The notes: a model not told the origin generated them from the sequence alone. A DNA stretch of 64,000 nucleotides from Candidatus Limnocylindrales bacterium (GCA_035540555.1 DATLGJ010000040.1:2656-66655), one strand, 5' to 3'. Counted from the first letter of the stretch, positions 31,126 to 38,816 are shown. Translations and numbers: made by a program.

Positions 31126-31533
31126 CTACGATTCCTGCTTGCCGCGTTCCGCCTCGTGGTATTCGCGGCGCAACCGCTCGACATCGGTGTGCGCTTGCCG
31201 TTCTGCATCGGAGCCGGCTTCCGCCGTACTGAGCCGCAACTCGGCCTCGCGCCAGTCGGCGAGGATCCGATCGAGGTGGCGCGGCTTGATGGTTGCCAGC
31301 CGCACGTCGTCCAGCTCGCCACGTTGACGGCGCTCCTCCGCTTCGTAAGCGTGGCCCAGCTGCTGGTTGGCCAAGCCCTGCACGACGCGGGCGAGGTGGT
31401 CCGCTTCCCGGGCGAGGGTGACGAACTCGCCGCTGCCCAGCGTCAGCTGCTGCTTGGCCCGCTCAACCGCGGTCAGTCGCTCGAGCATGGCGAGCATCTT
31501 GTCGCTGACCGCGCGAAGCTCCTCGTTGCGCAT
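31126..31533 (-). CDS. Hypothetical 135-aa helical protein with a C-terminal (I/L)LxxWRxAE motif; paralog of 49679-50086
   Basis: MRNEELRAVSDKMLAMLERLTAVERAKQQLTLGSGEF...HLDRILADWREAELRLSTAEAGSDAERQAHTDVERLRREYHEAE. It has the same length (135 aa) and the same N- and C-terminal motifs as the 49679-50086 product. Confidence 0.6.
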   Translation of the reverse strand: MRNEELRAVSDKMLAMLERLTAVERAKQQLTLGSGEFVTLAREADHLARVVQGLANQQLGHAYEAEERRQRGELDDVRLATIKPRHLDRILADWREAELRLSTAEAGSDAERQAHTDVERLRREYHEAERGKQES

Positions 31534-31829
31534 GGCGCTGGCAGCATGGGTCGCCTGGCATCAAGGCCGTATTGCACGGCACGCGAGAGCACCTAGCGGA
31601 CCTCCCGCAACTCCGCGGGGGTCGACTGCTGCCTCGAGGTGTTCCGTGCCAAGTCCGTTGCCGGGAGGCGACACCAACCGCGTGTAACCCGGTGGACCGC
31701 CCGGGCGATCGTGCTCGGAGTGGTCCTTCCGGCGGGACACCGTGGGCCTGCTCTCCCATAGTTGCGCGGCACGTTAAATTGCACCTTACTGCCAGTCGGC
31801 TCGGGTGAGCCCATGCTTGAGGGAGCGTG

Positions 31830-31988
31830 ATGAGCGACAGGTCCATCGTCACAGGGAACGAGCCAGGGCAGGGGTTGGCCGAGTACGCGCTCATTCTGGC
31901 TCTCATTGCGCTGGCGGCCGTGCTTGCCGTGACCTTCCTGGGAGGCGCGATAGACGGGATGCTTTCACAGGCAGCCTCGCTGATCTAG
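31830..31988 (+). CDS. flp: Flp-family type IVb pilin (prepilin)
   Basis: Below the ORF-track cutoff; found by manual translation after SD GAGGGAG. The product is MSDRSIVTGNEPGQGLAEYALILALIALAAVLAVTFLGGAIDGMLSQAASLI*. It has the G/XXXXEY processing motif (G-QGLA-EY), then a hydrophobic helix. Confidence 0.75.
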   Translation: MSDRSIVTGNEPGQGLAEYALILALIALAAVLAVTFLGGAIDGMLSQAASLI

Positions 31989-32993
31989 CGTCGCCCTGTC
32001 TGGCGCGGAAGTAACCACGCTCGGGGCGCGGGGCCACGGGCTGACCCCAGGCGGACAGCTCAGCGGCCGGCCAGGTTCGTGATGACACCTGCCATCGGCC
32101 CGAGGTGCTCGGGCCGCAGCGTCAGGGTAGCTGATGCCCCAGCGCTCCCGTCGCGCCTCGAGCGCGTCGATCATGCGCGCCGTATCGCCGGTCAGGTAGT
32201 GGGGGCTGTGGACCAGCTGTTCCTCGGGGATGCCCCCCGCGCTGGCCGAAAGTGAGCCGGCTTGGGCGGGGTACTCCGGCACGACGCCAAAGACGAGCGT
32301 GCTGATCTCGATATCGGCCAGCCGCTCGCCCGCCCCTTCGCGGATCCAGCTGATCTTGCGCTCGCTCGCCTCTTCGGTCAGGTCGGCGCCGTCGTGCGTG
32401 CCGTCGGGCAGCGCGCGCGTGTCCAGACCAATGATATCGGCCTCCCGACCGGCGAAGCGCAGGACACGCGGGCTGCCGCCGCCGACCAGGATGGGCGGGT
32501 GTGGGCGCTGCAGTGAAGGGGGCATGTCGCGGAGCCCCATGGCGGGGTAGGCGTCGTCGCCCGCATGCTCGAAACGACCATGCTCCAGCGCTTGCTTGAG
32601 CATCCGCACCGAGGCCTGGAGACGATCGACACGCCGGCCGGCAGGGTCGAAGGGCACGCCGATCGCGTCGTACTCGCCCTTGTCCCACCCGGCGCCAAGG
32701 CCGATCTCCAGCCTGCCGTCGGTGGCGTGATCAATCGCGGCCAGGTCCTGCGCCAGCACGGCGGGGTGCCGCATGTCGTCGTTCATGACCAGGGTGCCGA
32801 TGCGCAGCGAGGTGCGCTCGGCCACCGCCTGCAGGATCGGCAGCACGCCCAGGCGGTTGAAGTGGTCGGTGCCCAGCACGATCGAGCAGCCGGCGTCCTC
32901 CGCCCGCCTGGCCGTATCGAGGACCTGCGCCATGCTCGTGCGCGGGCCAAGCTCCAGCAGCATCCCGAAGCGGAACGGTCGAGTCACGGGCAC
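31965..32993 (-). CDS. Luciferase-like monooxygenase (LLM) class, probable F420-dependent oxidoreductase; 3' end appears frameshifted
   Basis: FRFGMLLELGP...VLGTDHF...EIGLGAGW...RWGISY is the LLM pattern. After ...WGISY the ORF frame becomes Arg/Pro-rich. Skipping one C reads LTLRPEHLGPMAGVITNLAGR* and stops at 32060 (see finding). Confidence 0.8.
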   Translation of the reverse strand: MPVTRPFRFGMLLELGPRTSMAQVLDTARRAEDAGCSIVLGTDHFNRLGVLPILQAVAERTSLRIGTLVMNDDMRHPAVLAQDLAAIDHATDGRLEIGLGAGWDKGEYDAIGVPFDPAGRRVDRLQASVRMLKQALEHGRFEHAGDDAYPAMGLRDMPPSLQRPHPPILVGGGSPRVLRFAGREADIIGLDTRALPDGTHDGADLTEEASERKISWIREGAGERLADIEISTLVFGVVPEYPAQAGSLSASAGGIPEEQLVHSPHYLTGDTARMIDALEARRERWGISYPDAAARAPRADGRCHHEPGRPLSCPPGVSPWPRAPSVVTSAPDRATLDQRGCL

Positions 32994-34339
32994 AGCTCGC
33001 GGGCCATCTCACTGAAGACGGCGGTGTGGTGATCAACGTCGGCGGCGGTGGTGTCCGGCGACGTGAGTGCCATGTTGTGGAAAGGCGTGAGCAGGATGCC
33101 GCGGTTCAGGGCGTAGAGGTGGGTGAAGCGCTGCGTCTCGAAGTCGTCCATCGCTGCCGCTTCGCTGCCGTTGCGGGGCCGGCGCTTCGAGAACAGGTAC
33201 TCGGCCCGGCAGCCGAGGCGGGTGACATGCCAGGGCAGGCCCGTCTCACTTATCGCGGCCTCGACGCCCGCCGTCCAGGCCTCGGCAAGCGAGATCATCC
33301 GCGAGAACGCGGCCTCGGTCAGCACCTCGGAAAGAGTCGCCCGCATGGCCGCCATCGACAGCGCATTGCCGGCCAGGGTGCCCCCGATGCCGCCGACGTC
33401 GCAGTGCTCGAGCTCAATGCGGATTCGGCCGGCGACCTCGGTGCTCAGCCCGTAGGCGGCGGCGGGCAATCCGCCGGCGATCGGCTTGCCGATGACCAGC
33501 ATGTCGGGCGAGAGGCCCTCGGCGGCGGTGTAGCCGCCCGGACCGGCGCAGATGGTGTGCGTCTCATCCAGGATCAGCAGGCTCCCATGGCGGCGGGTGA
33601 GCTCGCGCAACGCGTCGTGGTAGCCGGGCTCGGGGTGGATGATGCCGATGTTGGTCATGGCCGGTTCGGCCAGCACCGCTGCCACGTCGCCCTCGGCCAG
33701 CGCGGCCTCCAGCGCAGGGACGTCGTTGAACTCGACGACGCGTGTCGTCACTGCCGGATCGACCGGTGGCCCGATGCTGCCGTCGCGCGGGCCCGCCGAG
33801 CCGTCGGGTCGGATTGAGATGAACGTCTCATCGACCGTGCCGTGGTAGCAGTAATTGAAGACGAGGATCCTTGGGCGCCCGGTGACCATGCGCGCCAGCC
33901 GGATCGCGAACCGGTTGGCGTCGGTGGCGGTCAGTGCGAACTGCCAGTAGGGCAGGCCGAAGCGGCGGGCCAGCTCGCGGCCGACCCAGATCGCGTCGTC
34001 GGTGGGCAGCATCAGGGTCATCCCCCTGGCCGAGCGATCCCTGATGGCGTTTACGGTAGCGGCCGGGCTATGGCCGGTCATCGCCCCGGTGTCGCCCAGG
34101 CACAGGTCGACGAAGTCGGTGCCGTCTGCGCAGCTGAAGTGCGCGCCGGAAGCGTCGCTGGCGAAGACCGGGAACGCGCCGGGCCACTTGTTCATCCAGT
34201 TCATCGGCACGCCGCCGAGCAGCGCATGCCTGGCCTCGGCGGCCAGCTCGGCGCATCGGGGATGGGCCTGGACGAAGGCGCGCTGTTCGCGCTCCATCAG
34301 CCCGGCGAGCACGGAGGCAGAAACTCCCCTCAAGGGCAC
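32984..34339 (-). CDS. Class-III (PLP-dependent) aminotransferase, glutamate-1-semialdehyde aminomutase-like
   Basis: 451 aa with DLCLGDTGAMTGHSP, NYCYHGT, ILDETHT and IGKPIAGG (PLP Lys region). It overlaps the LLM start by 10 nt. Confidence 0.85.
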   Translation of the reverse strand: MPLRGVSASVLAGLMEREQRAFVQAHPRCAELAAEARHALLGGVPMNWMNKWPGAFPVFASDASGAHFSCADGTDFVDLCLGDTGAMTGHSPAATVNAIRDRSARGMTLMLPTDDAIWVGRELARRFGLPYWQFALTATDANRFAIRLARMVTGRPRILVFNYCYHGTVDETFISIRPDGSAGPRDGSIGPPVDPAVTTRVVEFNDVPALEAALAEGDVAAVLAEPAMTNIGIIHPEPGYHDALRELTRRHGSLLILDETHTICAGPGGYTAAEGLSPDMLVIGKPIAGGLPAAAYGLSTEVAGRIRIELEHCDVGGIGGTLAGNALSMAAMRATLSEVLTEAAFSRMISLAEAWTAGVEAAISETGLPWHVTRLGCRAEYLFSKRRPRNGSEAAAMDDFETQRFTHLYALNRGILLTPFHNMALTSPDTTAADVDHHTAVFSEMARELCP

Positions 34340-34378
34340 GCCTTGATGCTCATGGCCGCCAATGCGGAAAGCCTCGCG

Positions 34379-35275
34379 TCAAGAGGGCGGCGGTGCGGCC
34401 GGCCCGGCCACGACCACGGGGCCGCTCGGTGCGGTCGCGCCCGGCCCTGGTTCGAGCGTGAGCGCCAGGACCAGGTCCTCGGCCGGCGGCGGGTGGACCG
34501 CGTACAGCGTGCCGGTTGCCTGGGGACCAACCCGGAACCCGCCGACGGGCGCCGGTGGCCCATCGCCAGCGATGATCCAGGCCTCGTACACCTGCTCACC
34601 GGTCGTAGCCGGCAGGTCGCGCATGGCTATGACGATCTCTCCGTCCGCGCCGACGGCTGCAAGCCCACGCGGGCCACCCGGCTGCTCGGAGGTGAGTATG
34701 GCCAGCCGACTGCCCTCCTGGCCGGCCACCTCGACGACCGCCGCGACGCCACGCTCGTATTCACGCGCCGCGTCCAGGTTGGATTGCAGCACGAAGGTGA
34801 ACGCTCCCATGGCGACCAGCGCGAGGGCAGCGAGGCCGGCGACCAGCCAGGCAACCGGTGAGCTGCGCGATGGCAGAACCGCCCGGTTGCCCACCGAATC
34901 GCCCATGCTCCACGGCCTGCTCGTGGTAGGCCCGCTCGTGGCTGACCCGTCCGCGGTGTCGAAGGAGGACGAGCGAGGCTGCGCGCCAGGCGCCGATGCC
35001 GCTGACGTGACATGCGCCGATGCCGCGGACGTGACATGCGCCGATGCCGCGGAGAGGAGGCGCGCCCGCAGGTGCGCCGGCGGCTCGACCGGCTCGACAA
35101 GCTCGGCAAGGTGGGGGACGACCTGTCCCAGCTCGGAGACCTCTTCGTGTGCTGCCGTGCATGAAGCAAGGTGCGCCCTGACCGCGCTCGCCTCGTCGTG
35201 GTCCAGCGCGTCGAGGACATAGCCGGCCGCGAGGTCTCGCACGTCTTCGCAGTTGAGAGACATCAGCTGACCCAT
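34379..35275 (-). CDS. Anti-sigma factor (zf-HC2 N-terminal domain, TM, RskA-type extracytoplasmic domain)
   Basis: It has CEDVRDLAAGYVLDALDHDEASAVRAHLASC, a TM segment (VAWLVAGLAALALVAMGAF), and a C-terminal YEAWIIAGDGPPAPVGGF...LALTLEP typical of anti-sigma-K RskA. It overlaps the sigma gene by 13 nt. Confidence 0.8.
   Translation of the reverse strand: MGQLMSLNCEDVRDLAAGYVLDALDHDEASAVRAHLASCTAAHEEVSELGQVVPHLAELVEPVEPPAHLRARLLSAASAHVTSAASAHVTSAASAPGAQPRSSSFDTADGSATSGPTTSRPWSMGDSVGNRAVLPSRSSPVAWLVAGLAALALVAMGAFTFVLQSNLDAAREYERGVAAVVEVAGQEGSRLAILTSEQPGGPRGLAAVGADGEIVIAMRDLPATTGEQVYEAWIIAGDGPPAPVGGFRVGPQATGTLYAVHPPPAEDLVLALTLEPGPGATAPSGPVVVAGPAAPPPS
34990..35053 (-). repeat. 24-bp tandem repeat (about 2.7 copies) inside the anti-sigma gene
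   Basis: Copies are GCGCCGATGCCGCTGACGTGACAT (34990-35013), GCGCCGATGCCGCGGACGTGACAT (35014-35037) and GCGCCGATGCCGCGGA (35038-35053). They encode SAASAHVT repeats in the cytoplasmic linker. Confidence 0.85.
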
Positions 35276-35889
35276 CGTTTGCCTCCGGCACCGTCTGCCT
35301 CGAGCGTTCCCTCGACCAGCGCCCGCCGAAGAGCCGACAGCCCGAGGCGCAGGCGACCTTTGACGGTTCCGAGCGGTGCATCCGTCTTGACCGCTATCTC
35401 GGTCTGCGTCAGGCCATCGAGATAGGCCAGCTCAACCGCTTCGCGCTGTGCCTGCGGCAAAGTGGCCAGGGCTGCGCGCACCTCCTGCGCGTCCAGCCTG
35501 GCCGCCACCTCGCCCCATACATCGGGGACCGAGAGTGTCCCCGGGGCTTCCTCTGCTGCTGGCAGCTCCGTGGCGGGTCGTCGGCGCCGCAGTGCGTCGA
35601 CGGCGCGATGATGTACGACCGAGAGAAGCCACGTTTTCACGCTGGCCCTCCCCGGGTCAAACCGTGCCGCATTTCTCCACACTCCCAGGAAAGCCTCCTG
35701 GACGACGTCTTCTGCCGTCCCCTCGTCCCTGGTGATGCGCAGCGCGATTCCATAGGCGAGCGACTTGTATCGGTCATAGAGCTCCTCGAGCGCTTCGAGC
35801 TCGCCACCCGCCAACCGATCAAGCAGAGCCTTGTCAGCTTCGACGACTACGGCCGAGGCGATCTCGTCGCGGCCGTCAGCGGTGCTCAC
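35263..35889 (-). CDS. ECF-type RNA polymerase sigma-70 family factor
   Basis: 208 aa. Region 2 is LYDRYKSLAYGIALRITRDEGTAEDVVQEAFLGVW and region 4 is QREAVELAYLDGLTQTEIAVKTDAPLGTVKGRLRLGL. Confidence 0.85.
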   Translation of the reverse strand: MSTADGRDEIASAVVVEADKALLDRLAGGELEALEELYDRYKSLAYGIALRITRDEGTAEDVVQEAFLGVWRNAARFDPGRASVKTWLLSVVHHRAVDALRRRRPATELPAAEEAPGTLSVPDVWGEVAARLDAQEVRAALATLPQAQREAVELAYLDGLTQTEIAVKTDAPLGTVKGRLRLGLSALRRALVEGTLEADGAGGKRWVS

Positions 35890-35962
35890 CTTCCTATGCG
35901 CTCCAAAGTCGTTGCCGGATCACTCGATCTCGTCCGATCCACTCCCTGAGTCAGTTGTGAGG

Positions 35963-35982
35963 TGAAACCGGCGCCGGTTTCA
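35963..35982. promoter_or_regulatory. Perfect 20-bp palindrome in the sigma / secreted-protein divergent intergenic region
   Basis: TGAAACCGGCGCCGGTTTCA is its own reverse complement. It sits 74 nt from the sigma start and 106 nt from the 36088 start. Function (operator, or symmetric -35 GAAAC elements) is inferred only. Confidence 0.4.
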
Positions 35983-36087
35983 ACTCCATATCGCGATGAT
36001 CCGCCCGCCGGCCGACTGCGAAAGCCCCGATGTGAGCAAAAGGGCGGCGGAAGTTCCGCGGCCCCATCGTCCCACATGGAGGTAAGC

Positions 36088-37422
36088 ATGATTTCACGAT
36101 CCCCACTTCGGCGGGGTCTGGCGCGCCTGGTGCCGGTTCTGCTCGGCGCCCTTCTCATTACCGGTCTTGCCGTTCCCGTGTCGGCCAACGACTCGAACAC
36201 GAGCTCCGCGGCGGCCGACCTGCGCATCACGCTGAGCCGCCTTCTCGGCGAGCACGGCACCCTGGCCATCAAGGCCATGCGCGCCGGAGTTGATGGCGCA
36301 CCCGAGTTCGAGTCTGCGGCCAATGCGCTCGAGCTCAACACCCAGGATCTGCAGGCCGCCATCACCGGCGTGTACGGCGACGATGCCGGGACCGCCTTCG
36401 GCGAGATGTGGCGCAACCACATCGGGTTCTTCGTCGACTACACCGTTGGCCTGGCCACCGGCGACGAGCCGGCCAAGGAGCAGGCGCTGGAGCGACTCGA
36501 CAACTACCGGGCCGACTTCAGCCAGTTCCTCGCCGGTGCCAACCCCAACCTCGATGCGGCTGAGCTGGCCGAGGGCCTGCAAGTTCACGTGAATCAGCTC
36601 GTCGAGCAGATCGAAGCCTATGCAGAGGACGACTTCGCACGAGCGTACGAGTTCGAGCGTGAGGCGTACATGCACCTGACGATGACCGGCGATCTGCTCG
36701 CCTGGGCCATCGTCGAGCAGTTCCCCGATCAGTTCCCCGGCGCGACGAACTCGCCGCTTGCCGACCTGCGCTCGCTGCTGGGTCGACTGCTGGGCGAGCA
36801 TGGAACGCTTGCCCTGGGCGCGATGCGTGCCGGCCTCAATGGCGATGCAACCTTCGAGCCTGCTGCCAATGCCCTGGAGGGCAACACGCAGGACCTGCAG
36901 GACGCCATCACCAGCGTCTACGGCGCGGAGGCCGGCGAGGCCTTCGGTCAGCTCTGGCGCGACCACATCGGCTTCTTCGTGGACTACACCGTCGGCCTGG
37001 CCACCGGTGACGAGGATGCCAAGGAGCAGGCGCTTGAGCGCCTGAACCAGTACCGCCAGGACTTCGGCCAGTTCCTGGCCGGCGCGAACCCGAACTTCGA
37101 CGGCGACCAGATCGCCGCCGGTCTGCAGGTTCACGTCGACCAGCTGGTCGAGCAGATCGAGCTATATGCGGACGACGACTTCGCCGCCGCTTACGAGCTC
37201 GAGCGGGAAGCCTACATGCACCTGTGGATGACCGGCGACGCGCTGGCAGCAGGCATCGCGGCCCAGTTCCCCGACCTGTTCAGCCCGGCCATGCCCGACT
37301 CTCACACGGAGGCGTCGCAGCAGCCAACCAGCGTCGTCCCGGCGCTGGTGGCCGCCCTGGCCCTGGCCGTGGGCGTGGTGGTGACCGGCCGGTTTGCCGG
37401 CCAGTTCATCCGGCGCGACTAG
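36088..37422 (+). CDS. Secreted, C-terminally membrane-anchored protein made of two homologous ~182-aa helical domains (uncharacterised)
   Basis: From ATG 36088 (SD GGAGGT): signal peptide MISRSPLRRGLARLVPVLLGALLITGLAVPVSA. Two copies follow of ADLR..L.RLLGEHGTLA..AMRAG..G...FE.AANALE.NTQDLQ.AIT.VYG..AG.AFG..WR.HIGFFVDYTVGLATGDE.AKEQALERL..YR.DF.QFLAGANPN...QVHV.QLVEQIE.YA.DDFA.AYE.EREAYMHL. The C-terminus is a TM segment plus RRD. Confidence 0.65.
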   Translation: MISRSPLRRGLARLVPVLLGALLITGLAVPVSANDSNTSSAAADLRITLSRLLGEHGTLAIKAMRAGVDGAPEFESAANALELNTQDLQAAITGVYGDDAGTAFGEMWRNHIGFFVDYTVGLATGDEPAKEQALERLDNYRADFSQFLAGANPNLDAAELAEGLQVHVNQLVEQIEAYAEDDFARAYEFEREAYMHLTMTGDLLAWAIVEQFPDQFPGATNSPLADLRSLLGRLLGEHGTLALGAMRAGLNGDATFEPAANALEGNTQDLQDAITSVYGAEAGEAFGQLWRDHIGFFVDYTVGLATGDEDAKEQALERLNQYRQDFGQFLAGANPNFDGDQIAAGLQVHVDQLVEQIELYADDDFAAAYELEREAYMHLWMTGDALAAGIAAQFPDLFSPAMPDSHTEASQQPTSVVPALVAALALAVGVVVTGRFAGQFIRRD

Positions 37423-37503
37423 GGTCGCGCCGTACCCATCCGTGCAGGCCGGCCCGATGACGGGTCGGCCTGCACGACTTCCCCCGGCAGCGGAGACACC
37501 GAA

Positions 37504-37998
37504 ATGCGACCCATCCTTCCCTCGTCGATCCTGGTTACCGTTCTCCTGGCAGGATGCGGTGGCGCCATGACCGTAAGCCCGGCACCGACACCGATGGTGT
37601 CGCCCAGCCCTCGGTCGACACCTGCGCTTTCGGCAGTCGTGACGCCGACCCCGGCGCCGCCGACAGCTCTCCCCACGACCGTCGTGCCGACGCCGCGCGG
37701 CACCCCGGCGACCGCTGCGCCCGCCGCTGCTCGCGAGGAGTCGGTCGCGGTCGTCCAGTTCAGCTACCAGCCGAGCGACCTGACCGTTCAGCTGGGCACC
37801 ACGGTCGTCTGGACGAACGAGGACGCATCGCGGCACACGGTCACCTCCGGTCCTTCCGACGAGCCGGACGGCCGCTTCGACTCAGGCCCGCTGGAGCAGG
37901 GCGAGTCCTTCGAGCACACATTCACAGAGGTCGGCGTGTACGAGTACTACTGCGACCTGCACCCCCGGATGACGGCGCGGATCGTCGTCCAGCCATGA
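37504..37998 (+). CDS. Cupredoxin (plastocyanin/amicyanin-like type-1 copper) lipoprotein
   Basis: It has a lipobox (VLLAGCGG), a Pro/Thr/Ala linker, and a cupredoxin domain with the ligand pattern H (SRHTV) ... C-x2-H-x2-M (YYCDLHPRM). Confidence 0.8.
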   Translation: MRPILPSSILVTVLLAGCGGAMTVSPAPTPMVSPSPRSTPALSAVVTPTPAPPTALPTTVVPTPRGTPATAAPAAAREESVAVVQFSYQPSDLTVQLGTTVVWTNEDASRHTVTSGPSDEPDGRFDSGPLEQGESFEHTFTEVGVYEYYCDLHPRMTARIVVQP

Positions 37999-38726
37999 GC
38001 CTCCGGAGGCTGGTGGGGACCGTGCTCGTCGCGTGCCTCATTTCCGCGTGCTCTGGTAGTGCCAGTGGCTCAGCGCTCCCGGACGCTACCGACTTTCGGC
38101 CGTCGCCTTCGTCCCCTGCCGCCGGTCTTGACACGGTCCCCACCCTGCGCCCACAGGCCCCTGAGGTGCCGGCGACCGAACGTCCCGCGGAAACCGGCAC
38201 GACGTCGCCATCCGGGCCGGCTTCGGCACCGTCGCTCGTGCCGGTCGTCAGCCGCCTGGTCATCGAGGCCCTGGGCGTCGACCTGCCAGTGGTGAGCGGT
38301 GCCCTCGAGGTCGCCGGCAATCGACCCGGGATGCCGCTGTGCGACGTGGCGCAATACCTTGTTGCCTATCGCCAGCCCTCGCAGCCCGGCACGACGTACC
38401 TGTACGCCCACGCCCAGCGCGGCATGTTGCTGCCGCTGCTGACGGCATCCGAGCGCGATAACGGGCAGGAGCTGATGGGCTTGCCGGTCGACGTCTATAC
38501 CACCGACGGGACCCGCTACCGGTACGAGATCCTGACCGTCCAGCGCCATGCGACCGACTACCGCCTGGCCGATTCGGTCCGACCGGGGGACCGGCGGCTG
38601 GTCATCCAGACCAGCGAAGGCCCCGAGGGCACCGTGCCCAAGCTGCAGGTCGCCGCCGAGCTCGCCGACAGCGAGACGGTCGCCCTCGACGAGGCCCGGC
38701 CGAGCGCCGAGCCCCGGGTCTGCTGA
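37995..38726 (+). CDS. Sortase-fold-like lipoprotein lacking the canonical catalytic Cys (Ser at the TLxTC position)
   Basis: The ATGA start/stop overlaps the cupredoxin gene. It has a lipobox (LVACLISAC). By eye it aligns to the class E/F sortase layout: IEALGVDLPVV, PGTTYLYAHAQ (His retained), VDVYTTDGTRYRYEILTV, then RLVIQTSEG where sortases have L-x-T-C. PKLQVAAEL sits where the conserved Arg normally lies. The fold assignment comes from pattern memory only. Confidence 0.5.
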   Translation: MSLRRLVGTVLVACLISACSGSASGSALPDATDFRPSPSSPAAGLDTVPTLRPQAPEVPATERPAETGTTSPSGPASAPSLVPVVSRLVIEALGVDLPVVSGALEVAGNRPGMPLCDVAQYLVAYRQPSQPGTTYLYAHAQRGMLLPLLTASERDNGQELMGLPVDVYTTDGTRYRYEILTVQRHATDYRLADSVRPGDRRLVIQTSEGPEGTVPKLQVAAELADSETVALDEARPSAEPRVC

Positions 38727-38757
38727 CATGGCCCATCCGCGCGCCCGGCACCGCAGC

Positions 38758-38795
38758 GAACCGGGCCGTTCGAGCTGTTGCCGTTGACGGCCCGT
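38758..38795. terminator. Hairpin between convergent genes (possible bidirectional terminator)
   Basis: AACCGGGCCGT (38758-38768) pairs with ACGGCCCGTT (38786-38795) with a 1-nt bulge and a 17-nt loop. There is no U-tract. Confidence 0.3.
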
Positions 38796-38816
38796 TGATC
38801 AGCGGTGCGGCTCCGA

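Noticed and set aside
31534-31829. A 296-nt gap with no credible coding ORF, containing CCGGAAGGA (minus strand), which is reminiscent of the SRP RNA GGAAG core. It also holds three track ORFs (31463-31906, 31572-31808, 31593-31814).
   Set aside because: The match to SRP/4.5S RNA does not extend beyond a few bases, and I could not fold a conserved helix 8. The ORFs are Arg/Pro-rich with no SD. It should still be scanned with Rfam, but I cannot support an RNA gene call.
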